A DNA stretch of 64,000 nt. Origin: Azolla caroliniana (Eukaryota; Plantae; Polypodiophyta). This document shows positions 39,856 to 55,100 of this stretch, in pieces. The notes beneath the pieces were generated by a model. That model searched no databases. It was not told the DNA's origin and saw nothing but the letters and a program-made list of their open reading frames with translations. The stretch is from the NCBI GenBank assembly GCA_043228905.1, contig JBHGNT010000001.1, forward strand, positions 2,418,001-2,482,000. The letters run 5' to 3'. The position numbers were made by a program, and so were the translations under genes. Within the stretch, counting starts at the first letter, position 1, and each line of letters begins with the position of its first letter.

Positions 39856-42800
39856 TCATTCCCATGCAACGTCCAGACTAGAATTGGCATGAATATTAGA
39901 CATCAGAACATAATCTTGGGGTTGTAACTGCATTGCATGATTAAATATTTCTGTTCCAAGTTCCAAATTGCTATGTTTAATACATGCACCAAGCAGTGAA
40001 CTCCAGAGGGGTTGATGATCGTAATGAATTTGCATCTTTTTCATGATATCTTTAACTTTTGTGAAGTCCCCTATTCGTGCCAGAAGGTCCATAAAAATAA
40101 TATAATGTTTCGTGTCAGGAAGAATTGCATGATCTCTCCTCATGGCATCAATACTCACAATAGCTGTATCCACCATGCCACCATGACTGCACACAAATAG
40201 AATTGAGAGGAATGTTACTTGGTTCGGTATAGTACCTTCCATGACCATACTTTGAAGCATCTCTAGGCATGTCTCACAATCACCCTCACGTGCATAACCT
40301 GAGATGCATGCATTCCATGATATTACATCTGGTTCATGAATCTTGTCAAACACATCATTGGCATCTAGTGTGCTAGATGAAATTCCATATGCATGAACAA
40401 GACAAGTACAAAGGAAAGGACTAGAATCATAGCTGGCTGAGGTCACACTAAAATGAACCTCTTGGCAAATGTCAAGCCTTCCTGATTCACCACAACCTTG
40501 CAAAACACAAGCCAATGTAGTCTCATCAATCATTACATTATGTTTCTGCATCTTTCGATACAATTTTAATGCTTTATCTCCCTGGCCTTGATCAAGGTAT
40601 GCCGATAGCATAGCAGTCCACGCTACAGTATCTGGATGAGATAATATATTGAAAACATTCTCTGCCTTTGATAAGTTGCCACATTTTGCATACATGTTAA
40701 GAAGAGTGCTACCAATAAATATATTAGAAGTGAAGCCTTTTCGTTTAACATCAGAATGCATTGCTTGCCCCAATTTCATAGAAAGCACTTTAACATTTTG
40801 CCCCTCTACGAAGGTTTCTTCTTCCCTTTCTGCAATCACAACACATGCTTGAAGGATAACAGCAAACGATTGTTCATCTGGAGACACACCTTCCTTATGC
40901 ATTTGTAAAAAGAGCTTTAAAGCTCTTTCAGTCGCACCTTGCTCAATATAGGCTGAAAACATAGAAGTCCATGACATAACATTGTGACCTAATGCACAAC
41001 TGAAAGCATGCTCAGCTTCAATGATGCTCCCACACTTGCCATAGAACCTTGCAAGAGCACTAGAAACCATCACATGTGAAGCAAATTTGTTTCTTATGGC
41101 TTCCGAATGTATGGCCTTGCCAATCTCTAACAAGCCTATCTTCCTTATGGTGTCTCCACCTTCTCTATCTAGAAGACTAGAGCATGCATGTATGGCGATT
41201 GCATATGTGGTATGATCAGGGTTCACATACGCTTCTCTCATTTGTCTGTATAGCTTCAAAACCTTCTTATCATGGCCTTGATCAGCATAAACTGATAACA
41301 TAGCATTCCATGATACGACATCACGCCCATGGTTTGGTAACTCTCTAAAGACATTCTCGGCATATGTGATGCTACCACATTTACCATACATCCTCAAGAG
41401 GCTACTACCAATAAATGCATTGGAAGTAATGCCTTTCTTACGAGCATCAAAATGCAATTTCTTGCCCTCTTCAAGGTGACTCATGGTTGCACATGCTTTA
41501 AAGAGAACTAGGAATGTTTGTATATCTGCTTCGAACCCATCCTCAACCATCAAATGGTAAGTTCCAAGAGCTTTCTGGGACTGACCATATCGAGCATAGC
41601 CGTGGATAATTTTTGTCCATGAAGATGCAGTATGATAAGGTACAGTATCCATAGAAACGTAATCATTGACCAGGAAATCACATTTTGCAAAAGAGCTCCG
41701 TGATGCAACAATGCTCCGAGAGATACTCCGAGGTTGTGAAAAAATATTCACCTTTACAAGATATATGGTTTAGACAAGATTTACCTACTAGTTTTCTTGT
41801 CCTTGTCATATTATATCATGCTCAGGAAGATCTCCTTTATTGAGATCAAATCCGAAGCTAATGATCGTTTTTGCTCACCTCATTTTTTTGCTATAATTAC
41901 TAATCTCTATCTTAAACTGGCAAACGAGCCAGGATTCTTGATTTGGCCTTCAACAGTAGGAATCGGCAACGGCTCGGTTTAGGCTTAGCCGGTTTGGCCT
42001 TATCCAAGCCAAACCGGCTAAGCCTAAACCGTTTAATGGTTCTCAAACTTGAACCAAACCGAACCGAACCAGTCCCTAAACTGGTTTAGGCTAAACCGGT
42101 TTAGTCTAAACTGGTTTAGGAAACGGTTTGGAAAGCGGTTTGGGAAGCGGTTTGGATTATTGTAACTTGACAAATTGAAATATATGTTAAATCCTCCTAA
42201 CCCTAAACAAGTAAAACACTGAACAATTAGTGAACAAGTAAAACACTAAAGACTTGATGAAGACCGATAAAAACAAGTAAAACACTGAACAATTAGTGAA
42301 TTTAAGGACGATTGAAACAGTTTGCAAGGATCAAAATTTAAGGACGATTGTAGAAGGGTAAAGGGTGAAGGTTGCAGCCTGCAGGAGATCCTCTCTCACT
42401 CAGTCGCTCTCCCTCAGTCTCCCTCTCGAGCCCCTCTCCGAGCTCTCTCTCTCTGATCTCTGTAGACTGTAGATTGTGAGTCGTAGTGTAAGACTTAAGT
42501 CTTAAGACTGTAGACTTTAACCTTTTTAAGTGTTTTAACTTTTTAAGTGTTTTAACTTTTACTGTGACCTAATTTTAATAATCGGCTTAGCCGGTTTGAG
42601 CCGGTTTAGCACAACTTGAGCCGAGCCGAGCCGAGCTCAAACCGTTTAACCCGACTCAAACCTAAGCCGAGTCGAGCCGAGCCGCCAAACCGCCAAACCG
42701 GTCTAAACCGGTTTATCTAAACGGTTTAGGCTTGAGCCGAGCCGTTGCCGATTCCTATTCAACAGATACACTCTACAATTATCTTACGCTGTGTCTTATG

Positions 42801-43384
42801 CATCTTCTTACAAACGTATAACAAGAAATGACATCCGATTTAGCCTTCAAAGGATTATACTCACTTATACAGCTTGGATTGCATAAAATATGCATGATAG
42901 GAAATTCACATGAGGCAATCGGCATAATCTACAAAAAACCAAAGAAGATGTACGACGTGTAATTGATCAACATATTTTGATGGATCATAAACAGAGAGAG
43001 AAGAGACATGTCAGCTGAGAGATACATATCAAGTAATTGAACAACATGTGGAGAGAAGAAACTGGACATGTATGTATATATTATGTGTATTTGTGTATAT
43101 GTACATGTGTATGCGTGTATGTGTATGCGTGTATGTGTATGTACGAACTAAACTCAGAAATTCATTTGTGTAAATATTTTAGGTTGTTCCTCCAACGAGG
43201 GCAAACACGTAACCACTATACATAACAGCCCAGCTCAGAAAAATATGTACAAGAAACAATGTACATAATAATTACATATAAGGGAGCATCATAATGACTG
43301 AAGGTTCATAGCTTACCAAATGCATCGACTACTCTTCTGGCAATCGCTTACCTTCTGATTAAATGACGGGGATCCGGCCAACAT
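39856..43384 (-). CDS. PLS-class PPR protein with elongated L motifs, ends after E domain; main exon 41751-39856, probable first exon 43384-43352
   Basis: The main ORF has PLS motifs and ends QPQDYVLMSNIHA. An AG acceptor lies immediately before 41751. A candidate exon MLAGSPSFNQK followed by GTAAGC joins in phase 0. The first exon is less certain than the main exon. Confidence 0.88.
41957..42757. mobile_element. Non-autonomous hAT element, 801 bp
   Basis: Perfect 21-bp TIRs TAGGAATCGGCAACGGCTCGG / CCGAGCCGTTGCCGATTCCTA, exact 8-bp TSD TTCAACAG (41949-41956 and 42758-42765), and dense subterminal AAACCG/GAGCC motifs. Confidence 0.93.
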
Positions 43385-44758
43385 CACTGCGCAAGTTCTC
43401 GTATTACACTAAACAGGGGTATTCTTCAAGAGTATATGAAAAATGTGCTGCTAACCTTTGTAGGTATTTATCTTAATTATATTGAACACCCCCGTCCGGA
43501 AAATACAGAGTTTCATCCTTTAATAGTTTTTTAAGATATCATCTTAAACAGAAATATATATGTATGTAATTAGCATCATAATTTAAGTGGTTCAGAGTGT
43601 AATAGGAATAATTAACATTGTGTGTATTTTAATTAGCATTAATGACATGTAAAGATAACTATAATAATTATTGTTACTAGCACTAATTCCAATATGCTAA
43701 TTACTTCACAAATCAGGAATGCTAACTCTTAAGACTAATCACAAAGTTCATCAGGGTTTATATTTGTGCATCTCTCTAATGATTAGTTGATTTTGCAAAA
43801 GAATAAATTTTAGTTTTCAGAGCATCCCCTTCTCTGCATAAGAGATAGATATATACACAAATCACCGGACCATTGATATTGACATTTTCCCTTGATTAAA
43901 TCCTCAAGTGTTAAGAATATCATATTGTAATCTTAATCCAATAGGGCCAACTTCATTTAGACCACGTTATAGGCTGACTGCATAAGCATTACGTGGCAAA
44001 TCCCTTGACTGCAAACAAAAGAAGCTGAGGGGTATTTGTTTGAGATAATCAACTTAGAGGAGATTTGATGCATGTGCTACATTTAGGTCTATTCCAACAT
44101 TGAAACCCGTGTTCATCACTTACTGATCGAGTCTTTCAATAGGTTCCAGGCTCCAGCATCCTTAGATCATCTCATCCATATTCTTGAAAATCAATGATAC
44201 ATGCATGCCTCTTAAAATTATTGTACATTAAGTACATTAATTAGTTGCATGACAGAAGGTACAGCTCTTCCTTAGCAATGCTCGACATTTTAAGGGTTGC
44301 TTATTACTTATTGATTTAAGTCTTTCTAATATCTTTTGATTATTCCAGCATCCGTAGATGATATTGTATAATTTTTTTGGAGATCAATTATATATGATAC
44401 CATGTCTCTTAATCTCTTAACATTGCATTTTGTTACATGGTCTATTTAGTAGTAAGACAAGAAAATTTGTTGTTACATGCACAAGCAAGCCATGAAGCTT
44501 TTAAGAACTCCACAAACGAATATTTAGAGATTGTTTAGAGAAAATATACAGACAAAAAATTTCATGATAGTGATTATTGCACCCCTTTCCCACACCTCCC
44601 ATTTTTGTGTCAAACAATGGTTTGTATTCCTTGGGCATTATAAAATTCTCCATTTTAACTACATCGTATAAACATGATACTCATGTAGAGTTGGAGATAA
44701 TTTAGGCAGTGTACTAAAACGATCCTGGTTCGAGTTAAAGAAGATGACACCGATAGGA

Positions 44759-47700
44759 TTACTGGACCATTTTAGTGAGGGTATCTTGAACGGATGCCAC
44801 AGCGTCAACAGCTGATTTCATGAACCAACTAACACCCACTTTCAATCTATGTTCATTCGTCGGAAGCCGATAAAGGTATGCCAACTTCCGAGCTGCAACA
44901 TTTTATGCAAAGATATAATACAATATTCACTATACTGTATTGAGAAGCTCAAAACATGATTGACACCTAAAATACCTGTAATTTCTTACTATTTATCATA
45001 ACATGCCCAAGTTTTTAAAACAAATACCGGACTACCGTCGTATAATACCAACACTTACTACTATATACGGCTATTCTGGTAATGTTTTGATAACTTCGGG
45101 GTATGCTGGTAAATATCCAAAATGAATAATATTTTTAATGTTTTTCTCCTAAAACGGTTTAAGTTTGTTTATACCTGTGTGACCAAGTGGTCCATCCAGA
45201 GTAAGACCATCGATAAAGCTTACACTTACAGCTGCATCATTCTTTCCAAGACTCATCATTTCCCCTAAGTTCTGATACCTGCAGCTTGCAATGAAGTAAC
45301 AACACTACGTTAGATATAAGGGAGTTTTTAGAATCATTGAACTTGCTCCATCTTTGTGAGGAGCGTTTATGATTAAGTTCTTCCCAGGTACTGAGCTTTA
45401 TAAATTCACAAAAATCATATAGCATTTATTATTTTGTATATTCATATAGCATTTATATTGATTTATTACCCCACGGGGATCACTGGGTTCACAGAGATTC
45501 CCCCGTTTGTGAGGTTACATAAACGGAATGTCTTGAGATAGTCCCAGGAGCGGGAAATTCCATTGGTTACTCACAAGCTTGCCATGCATACTTGATATTT
45601 TCATGCAGGTTCTTCAAACTATTGATTACATTCTATTTTTATACCAAAGAAATTAATGTCTTTACTAGATATTACTCAGAGAAAAAACTGTCAACTTCTT
45701 GTTTAGCTGACCTGAAGGGTAATAATGGCCGATCATTGATTGCTGCCCAAAGATTCCATCCAGCATAATCAGCTTCCTGAAGTGCAACCTACGGTGAATA
45801 AAACAACAAAGTCAATAATTGATCAGTTAAGTGCGTGAGTTTGTTTTTCTTACAAAAAACAAATTTGTCTTAAATTCTAATGATTTATCATGCAATTTCA
45901 TGCTCATAATTAAGAATTTTAAGAGTGTTAAACCCATCAAAGATGTCATTTTCCTAGGCACAAAAACAAAGTACAAAATTTCCAAAACTTTCAAGTAGAT
46001 TTCTTTCATAATGATACTAAATCTTTGTGAGACATGGCTCAAAAACAGCATACAAGAAGAGATGAATTAATACCTGGGCTGTTGTTGGTAATGGTTGTCC
46101 AGAGCTATCTCTCAAGAAGGCTGAATCTCCGATAGCAAATATTCTTGGATACCCTTTCACTCTAAGTGTATCATCAGTCTCCACTTGCCCCCTCCCATTT
46201 AGGGGAAAAGTTGCCATTTCACTACCTCCTAGCCCACCAGATGGTAGCGAGGGTTTGCTCCCAACAGTCCAAAAAATAAGATCAGCTGGCAAACTCATAC
46301 TTGGAAGAGCAGAGCGTTTTGAGGCCTTGCTTGCTGACATCAACTCCAATACATATTCATATGGTTGTGGCTCGCCTTCTGACAGAGACCTTTTTATTGC
46401 AGTGGCAAAAAACCCCAAAATAAGCTCCACATTCCTTGATGAAAGAACCTGTTGAAGAAAAATGTTGCTAAAAATTATGTAGGATATATATATATATATA
46501 AAGCTGAGATGATCGTCTACTTGATCACTGTAGCAATCACGTAAGTGTTGCAAGGAACCATTCTTTTTGTTTCCATGTCCAAAAATAAAAACAAGTTTCA
46601 TGGAATAAAGAAAAATATAGTCATTACTTCCTTATATACCTATATCCAACAGTAACTCGAACTCTCTTTTGTAATTGGAATTACACTTCATTTTCTAAAA
46701 GGAGAGGGCACGTTTACACCATAAAAGCAAGGACCGGCAACAAAGTTTTATATTTAAGACATCTGCTGAACATTTTTCCATTAAAGTGATGAACTCATAG
46801 AAGAGCAAGTAGTTCTTTTTCAATTAAAGTGATGAACTCATAGAAGAGCAAGGAGAGAGAATGTGTTGGAGGACATTATTGTAATCATCAAAAGTAAGCA
46901 TGTCTTAAGATAGTTGATGACTTGCATTTCTTTTATTATCTCCATGAGCACCTAAATGTCTGACAGTAACCCAAACTCATCTAGACGTCCATCTCTCATG
47001 TCTGAACGTGGGCCAGAGAACCAATTCATTTCAGTAGAAAATCCAGTTATTGCCCTGTGCTCAAAAGGCAAGTTTGACTGGGACTCAAACTTGCACCTTC
47101 AACTGATATCAGAGTCAAACTTCAACCTTAATTCCCTCCACGAAGAGAACATATAGAACGCTTATCACCCAAATGCCCTCCAAGTTGTTAATAATCAGGT
47201 AGGGATCTGGCCTACAAACCGGCATCCAAACGGAATGATTTTGTCATGAGAATTAATAAAACCTTCTCTGATACTTTTCAATTTCACAATATTGATCAGA
47301 AGACAACTCCCCAAAAAGAGTCATTTTAAAGTTACTGATGAAGGGAGATTAGCACATGCAAATTATTTATCTTTATTCTTATTAGACTTAGAAAAGGATT
47401 ACAACTAAAAAGACTTATAAGAGCCTGAGGAATGAATTTGTTGCACCTAATTACATTCAAATGCCTATGTGCATTATAATGCGTAATAACACAAGTTTCA
47501 GTATGGGTTCCAGAGATACATAGGTGAAATAAAATATCCCACACCCTACACCGGATGGGAATCACAATATGAACATACAAGCACACACACACACACACAC
47601 ACATATAATGCATTTACACTATATATAGCATGCATCAACACTATCAAGGTTGCCTGCAAGGTGCCAACATTCCCTGAGAATGTATTTTAGAGAAAATTTA

Positions 47701-50700
47701 GCGAATTAGTTGCAGTTGAGTAAGCTCTTCTTAAACGAGTTTTTTCAACTTGTGACATAAGATACAACTTTCAAAAAACTGGTCTTCAGTTTGGCAAGGT
47801 TATGAAGTTCTATCAGTAAGGTATACAATCAGGCTCGTGTAGAAGAAATTTTCCCAAATAACAATGTCAGGAATAAGATAGCAGAAATATTCAGTTGATT
47901 GTGCATTCATGGTATTAACGTGGAGAATTTCAAGAGGTTGCTGAGAATTGCAGAATTTGGGATGTCCTAGTAGCAGAAAACCAAGGTTTTCTAAACATTT
48001 CAGGAAAAAGTGACATTGGGTATAGGCTTTACAGAACAGGGGAGAGAGAGAGAGAGAGAGAGAGAGAAAGAATGCTTGACCTTATAAGCAGCTTCACGAT
48101 TTCCAGAAGGTGCAGATGGACATATATCCGGTGCCACATTAACTATCTGAACCTTTCCTCTATCTCCTAGTCTTTCAGCCAAAGTTGCCGCCAACTCCAC
48201 ACCAGTATATCCACCACCAACCACAACTAATTGTATAAGAGAACCCGTAGCAAATCTATTCCGCTCAAGTTTCTTTAACTGTCTCTCAATTGCCTAACAT
48301 CCACCACAAGTACACAAATAAATTGCATCATAATTTACTTTTGCTAGTTCTCAAAATAGATTAATATGAAGAGTTTTGATATGTTACTAGGACATCTTCT
48401 AGTGAGGAGAATGGTAATGCATATTCAACTGCCCCAGGCACACTATCCCTCTTGCTTTCTGCACCCAAAGACAATATCAGCCTGACCTGTCCATCAGCAT
48501 CATCAGCATCAGCGGCTTTGCAATGAGTACTTCAACTTTTAATCAAAACACCCATCACTAATACAACAACTATAACATTGCCTATCATAACTAGAACGAG
48601 CTCATAAGTTACATTCTATTACTTCTAAAGAGAACTTCTAGTTATGAGTAACCACTTTCAGCAGAATGAAATTGTAACAGCAAAAAAATTGACTTTAGTA
48701 AAAACTGTTCCTGCGACATCCACAAGTCTCTTTTCTATGAGCTTGAAGTAACATTCTTTTTTGGCAGCAACCAGGATAGCAGAAGTTTAATGAAAGCCAA
48801 AATACTGCAATGTCTCTTGAAATCATACACAAATGCAGAGAAGTCTTACAAGTGGAAGACCTGGAATTAGCTCAGCAAGAATTCATGCAATATATGCAAG
48901 TGGGAAATTTTATATGGATTCTAATAGAATTTAGAAGGCAATAAGATAAAGCTGCCACTAGTGTTCTTTCTCATGTGTTCAGAACCATCATGAAAGGAAT
49001 GCCATACATGAATGGAGCAGGTACTCTCTCATAAAAGGAAGGAAGAAATCATTAAATGAAGGACGCTTCTAACAGCATACATAAGCCTCTGTAAAATGCA
49101 GAAATGCCCAATGAATTAGCATACCAATCATATTCTATCTTCATTCCACTTTCGAGCAAGACTGTCCCACCAATGTCTTTAGATTTCGAGTTCCTGTCGT
49201 TATCTAATGGAATCTTCCCATCACAAGGCAATACCACTTCTACTTTATCTTTATGGAATTGTATGAATGTGCCAGCCAAAAGGTCTTTGAAAAGAGGAGC
49301 CACCTCCCATAACTCAACCTCTGCAAAGTAGAAATGTCTTGGATACCTGGTCACATGATTATGAAAAGTAAAAGGAACATTCTTGCTACGACTAGGAATA
49401 ACTTACCTTTGGAGAGTAGCTCATACATCATAGGCTTGAAGACGAACCTATCAGACTGATCTATGATAAGAATCTATACATTGATACACATTGATCAGTC
49501 TTCAGAAAGTTATGAATGCCATATTGAGATTATTGCATGCAAACATGAAATAGTTGTATGCAGAAAATGATTGCCTACTAAAAATGTTTTTCTCAGAGGC
49601 AAGACATATGCATTGTTATATTCTGGTCCTAATAATATTCTTTATTTAAACATACCCTATTAAGGCTTGTCTTCAGAAAGTTATGAAAGAAATCGTGAAT
49701 GCAGCATTGAGATTATAGCATGCAAACACGGGATAGTTGTATACAGAGCATGATTGCCGACTAAAAATGTTTTTCTCCACGGCAAGACACATGCCTTGTT
49801 ATGTTCTGGTTCTAATAATATTTTTATTTAAACATACTTTACAATGTCATAGTAAATTATCTATAGCTTCTAAAATGTGTATCATCTTATTTCAATCAGC
49901 AAAAAATCCATACTCCTTAATAATAAATAAAATGATAAATTTATAGCAATATATTAAAAAATAATCAAAAACAACTTTGCTGTTTGATGACACAGGCTTG
50001 CCTCTCCGATATAAGATCAGTCATACAATAAACCAGTTACTTCAATCAAATCTAGAGTTAAGTTATCATGTCATTCTCCTTTTCAGGGTATTCGTCCAGA
50101 TGACCTGTTACCAAAATAGGTCAAATTTAGGGAATCAAGAATTTGGCATACCTGGGGCTTCTTATCAGGAGGCCAAACAAGAGACTCGAGCCGTAGAGCA
50201 GAGTATAGACCACCAAAACCTCCTCCAAGTATACAAATTCTTGGTTTCTACAAAACGCATACAAGAACAAGGGTTATCATATGAAGCTCTGGTAAAAGAT
50301 GTTGAATAAAGACAAGAAATGGCTACTTCACTAGAAAGTGATTTAACGAATCTTCATTGTACCCACTTAATGTGTAAATTTGACATACGTACTATCTGTG
50401 CACTGTTAAAACCAGCACAACCACCAAAGAATCGGTCTTTAATTTTGTCTGAACCAATGGTGTCTATTCCATAAATATCAAGGAAAGTGTAAATGAGTTT
50501 ACACAAACGACGTTGGACTAAGTGGCCACTAGCACTCTCAGTCATCCAACATATTCAACATATTCTGTTTTTCTTATCTCTGGACTGTAGAAGAGATGAT
50601 ATAGCAATTATCTTCATTGTATTAACATTCTCTTCATTTGCATTTTTTATATACAGTAACAACAATAGAGTCTAGCAAAGTTGTTAAGGACCCTAGCTTA

Positions 50701-51495
50701 GGGAGTTTCGATCATCCCACCCAGATGACTAATGGTCAGACAGTAAGTAAAAATTACTCTCCATTTCTTCTTCTAATGTTTTGCATTCACACTAAAGAAT
50801 TAGAACAACGGAGCTTAGAATAGTAACTATGAAATCTTTTTCAGATTCCAATCACAGAACAGTAACACTGTTCAAGGTATTATTACGCCAGAAAATTTTT
50901 GATGGTTTCATTGGCTTTGTTCAGAACTCCCCTCATTCATATTCGTGCAATATAGCAATCCCAAACTCATAACACTTTACTCGCACTTTTTCTATGAGAG
51001 TAATTGTAATCGCTATAAAAGACTTGAAATTTTTAGGCTTATAACAAATGTTCATATATAAGGAACTGTGATTAGAGCATGCAACCTTTGGATCAGCCCA
51101 TGAATATTCCCTCATTGGCTTTTCTTCAATATCCAGGATTTTTTCTTCACTTCGAAGATCTCCTCGATCCTCATCAATAGCAACAGAAGAAACTCGAAAA
51201 CGAGCTCGAGGAGATGAAGAAGAGTAACACGAAGAGCTTCTCATAAACCCAGATAGGGTGTTTCCATCTCCGACAGGTTTCCATGGAAGATGCGTTGGTT
51301 TAAACAGAGAACCCACAGTGTCCGTACGTATCTTGTATGGCAGGGTACCTCCTAGTTGTATTACAAGGGAAAAACTGTGTTGAGCGAAACAGGACAAAAA
51401 CCTGCGTGACTCTTATCTCTGTCCCTCACATATACATAAATTGTTTGTGCTTGCTTACCTGAGGAGGAGAAGGTTGTCAGTCCTGTGAGAGCCAT
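44759..51495 (-). CDS. NDC1: Alternative NAD(P)H:quinone oxidoreductase C1 (type II NDH)
   Basis: About 11 exons (51495-51459, 51351-51086, 50247-50152, ~49473-49408, ~49320-49124, ~48481-48393, ~48294-48080, ~46448-46074, ~45788-45712, ~45279-45175, ~44893-44759). Motifs YSWADPKKPRICILGGGFGGLYTALRLESLVWP, VVGGGYTGVELAATLAERLG, IFAIGDS, LPTTAQVALQEADYAGWNLWAAINDRPLLPFR, ARKLAYLYRLPT. Confidence 0.93.
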
Positions 51496-51602
51496 GGCAA
51501 GCAGTGAACATGAATGAATGGGGAGCTCTGCAGGTTGAGAAGGTCTAAGTAAAAGCTCGGGAGTCCTTTGGCCACACAATTGCCACGTCCTGTCCTTCAC
51601 AA

Positions 51603-51641
<39 letters not shown>

Positions 51642-52199
51642 AAACACTATTTACAATGGGCGTGACAATGCATTATGGTCACCACTACACTACACTACAT
51701 GGGTAGTGGAACATGTTGAATTTCTAATAGACAAGACGAACACTCCACTGAGGAAAGAATTTCCACTTGTTCCAATAAAGAAAATTGTCACATTAGTACT
51801 CCTTTCAACTTTCATAGATATGCTTTCACGCCATGTCTTCCATAGAATACAAAAGTGTTGCGCATGTTCCAATTATGACGCAATTCTCAATATATTAGAA
51901 ATAAGAAAATGATCTCCATCTCTGATTTTGGGTCAACTTGTGTAAATTGTGCAAACACCCTAGGTGTCAAATAACATCGTCACGATAAAACTTGTCAAAT
52001 TTGAGAAATGTAACTCTAAATTTGACAAGCAATCGGACATTGTATAAATCGATGAGTACTATCTTCCATTTGAACAGTGCAAAAAAAGCAATTACCCGTT
52101 GCTAGTCCACAACGCTTTAGAGCTAATCCCAAAGGCAATCCTCCAATCAAAACTCTCCAAATAAAGACCTTTGCTACAAGTAGCAATTTAGAATGTCAA

Positions 52200-55100
52200 C
52201 TACGTTGTAAGATCCGCCACCACCCATGATTAGATTTGTGTATTTTTCATTTTTCTTCAACCTTAGATGATAACCATCCAAGGGACTCAATAGAGCAATG
52301 ATACAAAAGATTAGTAGCCACTTGTAATAACGGCGTTTGACCCCGTAAACACCAATCAATCCACCGTTGTTCTCCTGTTTGTAGTGGTAAGGGACCTTGC
52401 ATCAATGCAATATTTTGTAGTTGTTGCCAGATAAACCCATATTTAGGCAGGATGCATAATAATTGTCGCGCTTCAACAAACTCCAAATTTCTTTGAGATG
52501 GAGCCTCAACTATATCTCCCACCTCTTTGGCCCCCAAACGAAACAAACGATTAAATTGAGAGCGCAATCTTTCCTTTCCTGGCCAACATAATAATCGAGA
52601 AGACATAAGTAACTCTTTTTGCAAAGAATTACAATGCTCTCCACTAGATAATGGTTTCCATACACATAATAAGCGTGTTTCTTGCCATGAGGTAACCAAG
52701 TGTTGAACACATGAAGAGCCCGGAATCCTAAGTGAAATACATCCATTCAATAATTGCCTCCATGAAGCCTTAATCGTTGTCCTCCCATGTGTTAAACCCT
52801 TGTTCTCAATAAAATATTGAACAATAGATATCCATGGTTGTGACTTTGAACATATATCTTGTAATAATGAAAATCTACGAGCCATCATATGCATAGATAA
52901 GTTCAATATTCCAGTTCCCCCCAAGTGTGTAGGGGTTGCTAGATGATTCCATGCAACCCATGTGATTCCCATCTTATCCCTCTTCTTCCACAACAAATAT
53001 CGAAGAGGTTGCAAAACATAATGCAAAGCCTTCTCTGTCCATGGCAACAATGGCAAGTAATATAATATCATGGGTTCCATAATACATTGTACAACCTCCA
53101 AGCGTACATGAAATGGCCAAGATTGTGACTTCTAATACATTAACTTATCCCTCAACTTACTAGGCATCCATTCAATCAATTTACCATTTGTAACATTCAT
53201 TCCTAATGGATACCCCAAGTGTCAAAAAATAGATCCTTTCTTCACCACGGATCCTTGCCCTCCTAAACACTACAAATCCCTTTCAATACATGATATGAGA
53301 CTAGACTTCCTCCAATTAATACGTAATCCGGAAGCCAATGCAAATTGGTTCCATACAAGCATCCCCTTCTCAAGATTCTCTTGTGAGGCTTGTAGAAACA
53401 TGAAGGAATCATCAGCCAAAGCTTGTGCTACTAGTTGTCCTCCAAACGTAAGGTGTGAACCCACAATGTCACCATTTGTTGCAAGCCTTGATAGCATCAC
53501 TAATAAGGGATGAGTAACAATAGCAAATAACATTGGGCTAAGAGGGCATCCTTGACGAATGGATCTTGTAAGGGAAATATCTGATGTAACTCCCCAATTA
53601 AGCATTACTTAAGACACTGCATCTTGTCCTAATAAAAATATGAGGCGAGACATATGAGGTCTAAAGCCCATTGTATGCATTAACCCAAAAACAAAGGACC
53701 AATGATCATAAGCTTTCTCCAAATCTAATTGCACCATAATCAATTCTTGATGAGTGTTTCGAGCATAATCCATGGTCATTTGAACATTCAACACATTATG
53801 CAATATATTCCTACCTGCAATAAAACCATATCGAGCTGGATGTATCAACTTTGACAAATAATTTTGTAATCTATTTGCCAATACCTTTGTAAATATCTTA
53901 TACCCCCCTCCCCCCCCCCACCCCATCAAAGAAATAGGTCTCCATTGATGAAGTGACTCGGGAGATGCCACATTTGGAACTAATTTAATTAGACCAACCT
54001 TCCAAGCTTGAGGCATACAACCAAAATCCAAAGAATGTTGAAACATCAAAGTTAAGGGCCCCTTTAAAATGTTCGAATATCGCTTAAAAACTTCATTTGT
54101 CAATTCATCCTAACCAGGGCTCGTTCGAATATCGCTTAAAAACTTCATTTGTCAAGTCATCCCAACCAGGGCTCTTACCACGAGAAAGATGGCTTAAAAC
54201 CGTGTCCACTTCATCCTCAATGAAATTCGCATCCAGCACAATACATCCAATCACATCATAAAACTCATGACATGCTCTACTCGCCTCATTTGTCATTAAC
54301 AATTGTGGGCCAATCAACTCCTTAAAGTAATAAACACATATGTCAATTATTGTATTAGGATCCACTATCAAATCATCCCCCTGCTTCACATGTACCACAT
54401 TAGGTCGAGCATAAGTAGGATGTAACACTTGGAAAAACAATTGAGATTGACATTGATTATCTATAAGCTCATCCCTGAGTTGTCACATCTTAGCATAACG
54501 ATAACTTTGGCATTACAACTGAGAAATAATAACATGCAATTGACTCTAGATATCCAAAAGCTCCTCATCTAATGGTGCATGTATCAATAATGCATTACAC
54601 CTGGAGAGAATTCAATGTGAGAATTGTCGAAGAAGACCTCTTCTTTGTTGAGCATTAGTTACTCCATGCATACGATGAACGATCTTAATGTTTCGTAACG
54701 TGATATCCCATGCTTTAACTCCTTTAAGATTCCCTTTTTGTAAAAAATTTACCAAAATTTGCTCCATGAGAGAATCAAAGTGAGGTTGAAGCAAAAGAGA
54801 AGAGTTAAAGCGTAATGGAAGCCTTCTAAGTAAGTATTTATACATGTCAATTGCATGACTACAAACCTCCAAACAAATAGGAAAGCGATCTGAAGTTCCT
54901 ACATCTTGTAGAGATGTCATACGAAGTGATGTCGGTAAAAAAATAATCATCATGCATCACATATATTCTATGTAACCAACTCCATGTTTGCCTATGTTGA
55001 GAAGATTGGAAGGTAAAACTTGGATCATTCCCATGCAACCATGGCCAAACATCCAACTTCAAAACCTCCATAGTCAATGAATCCCAAGCAAGTTGCTCAG

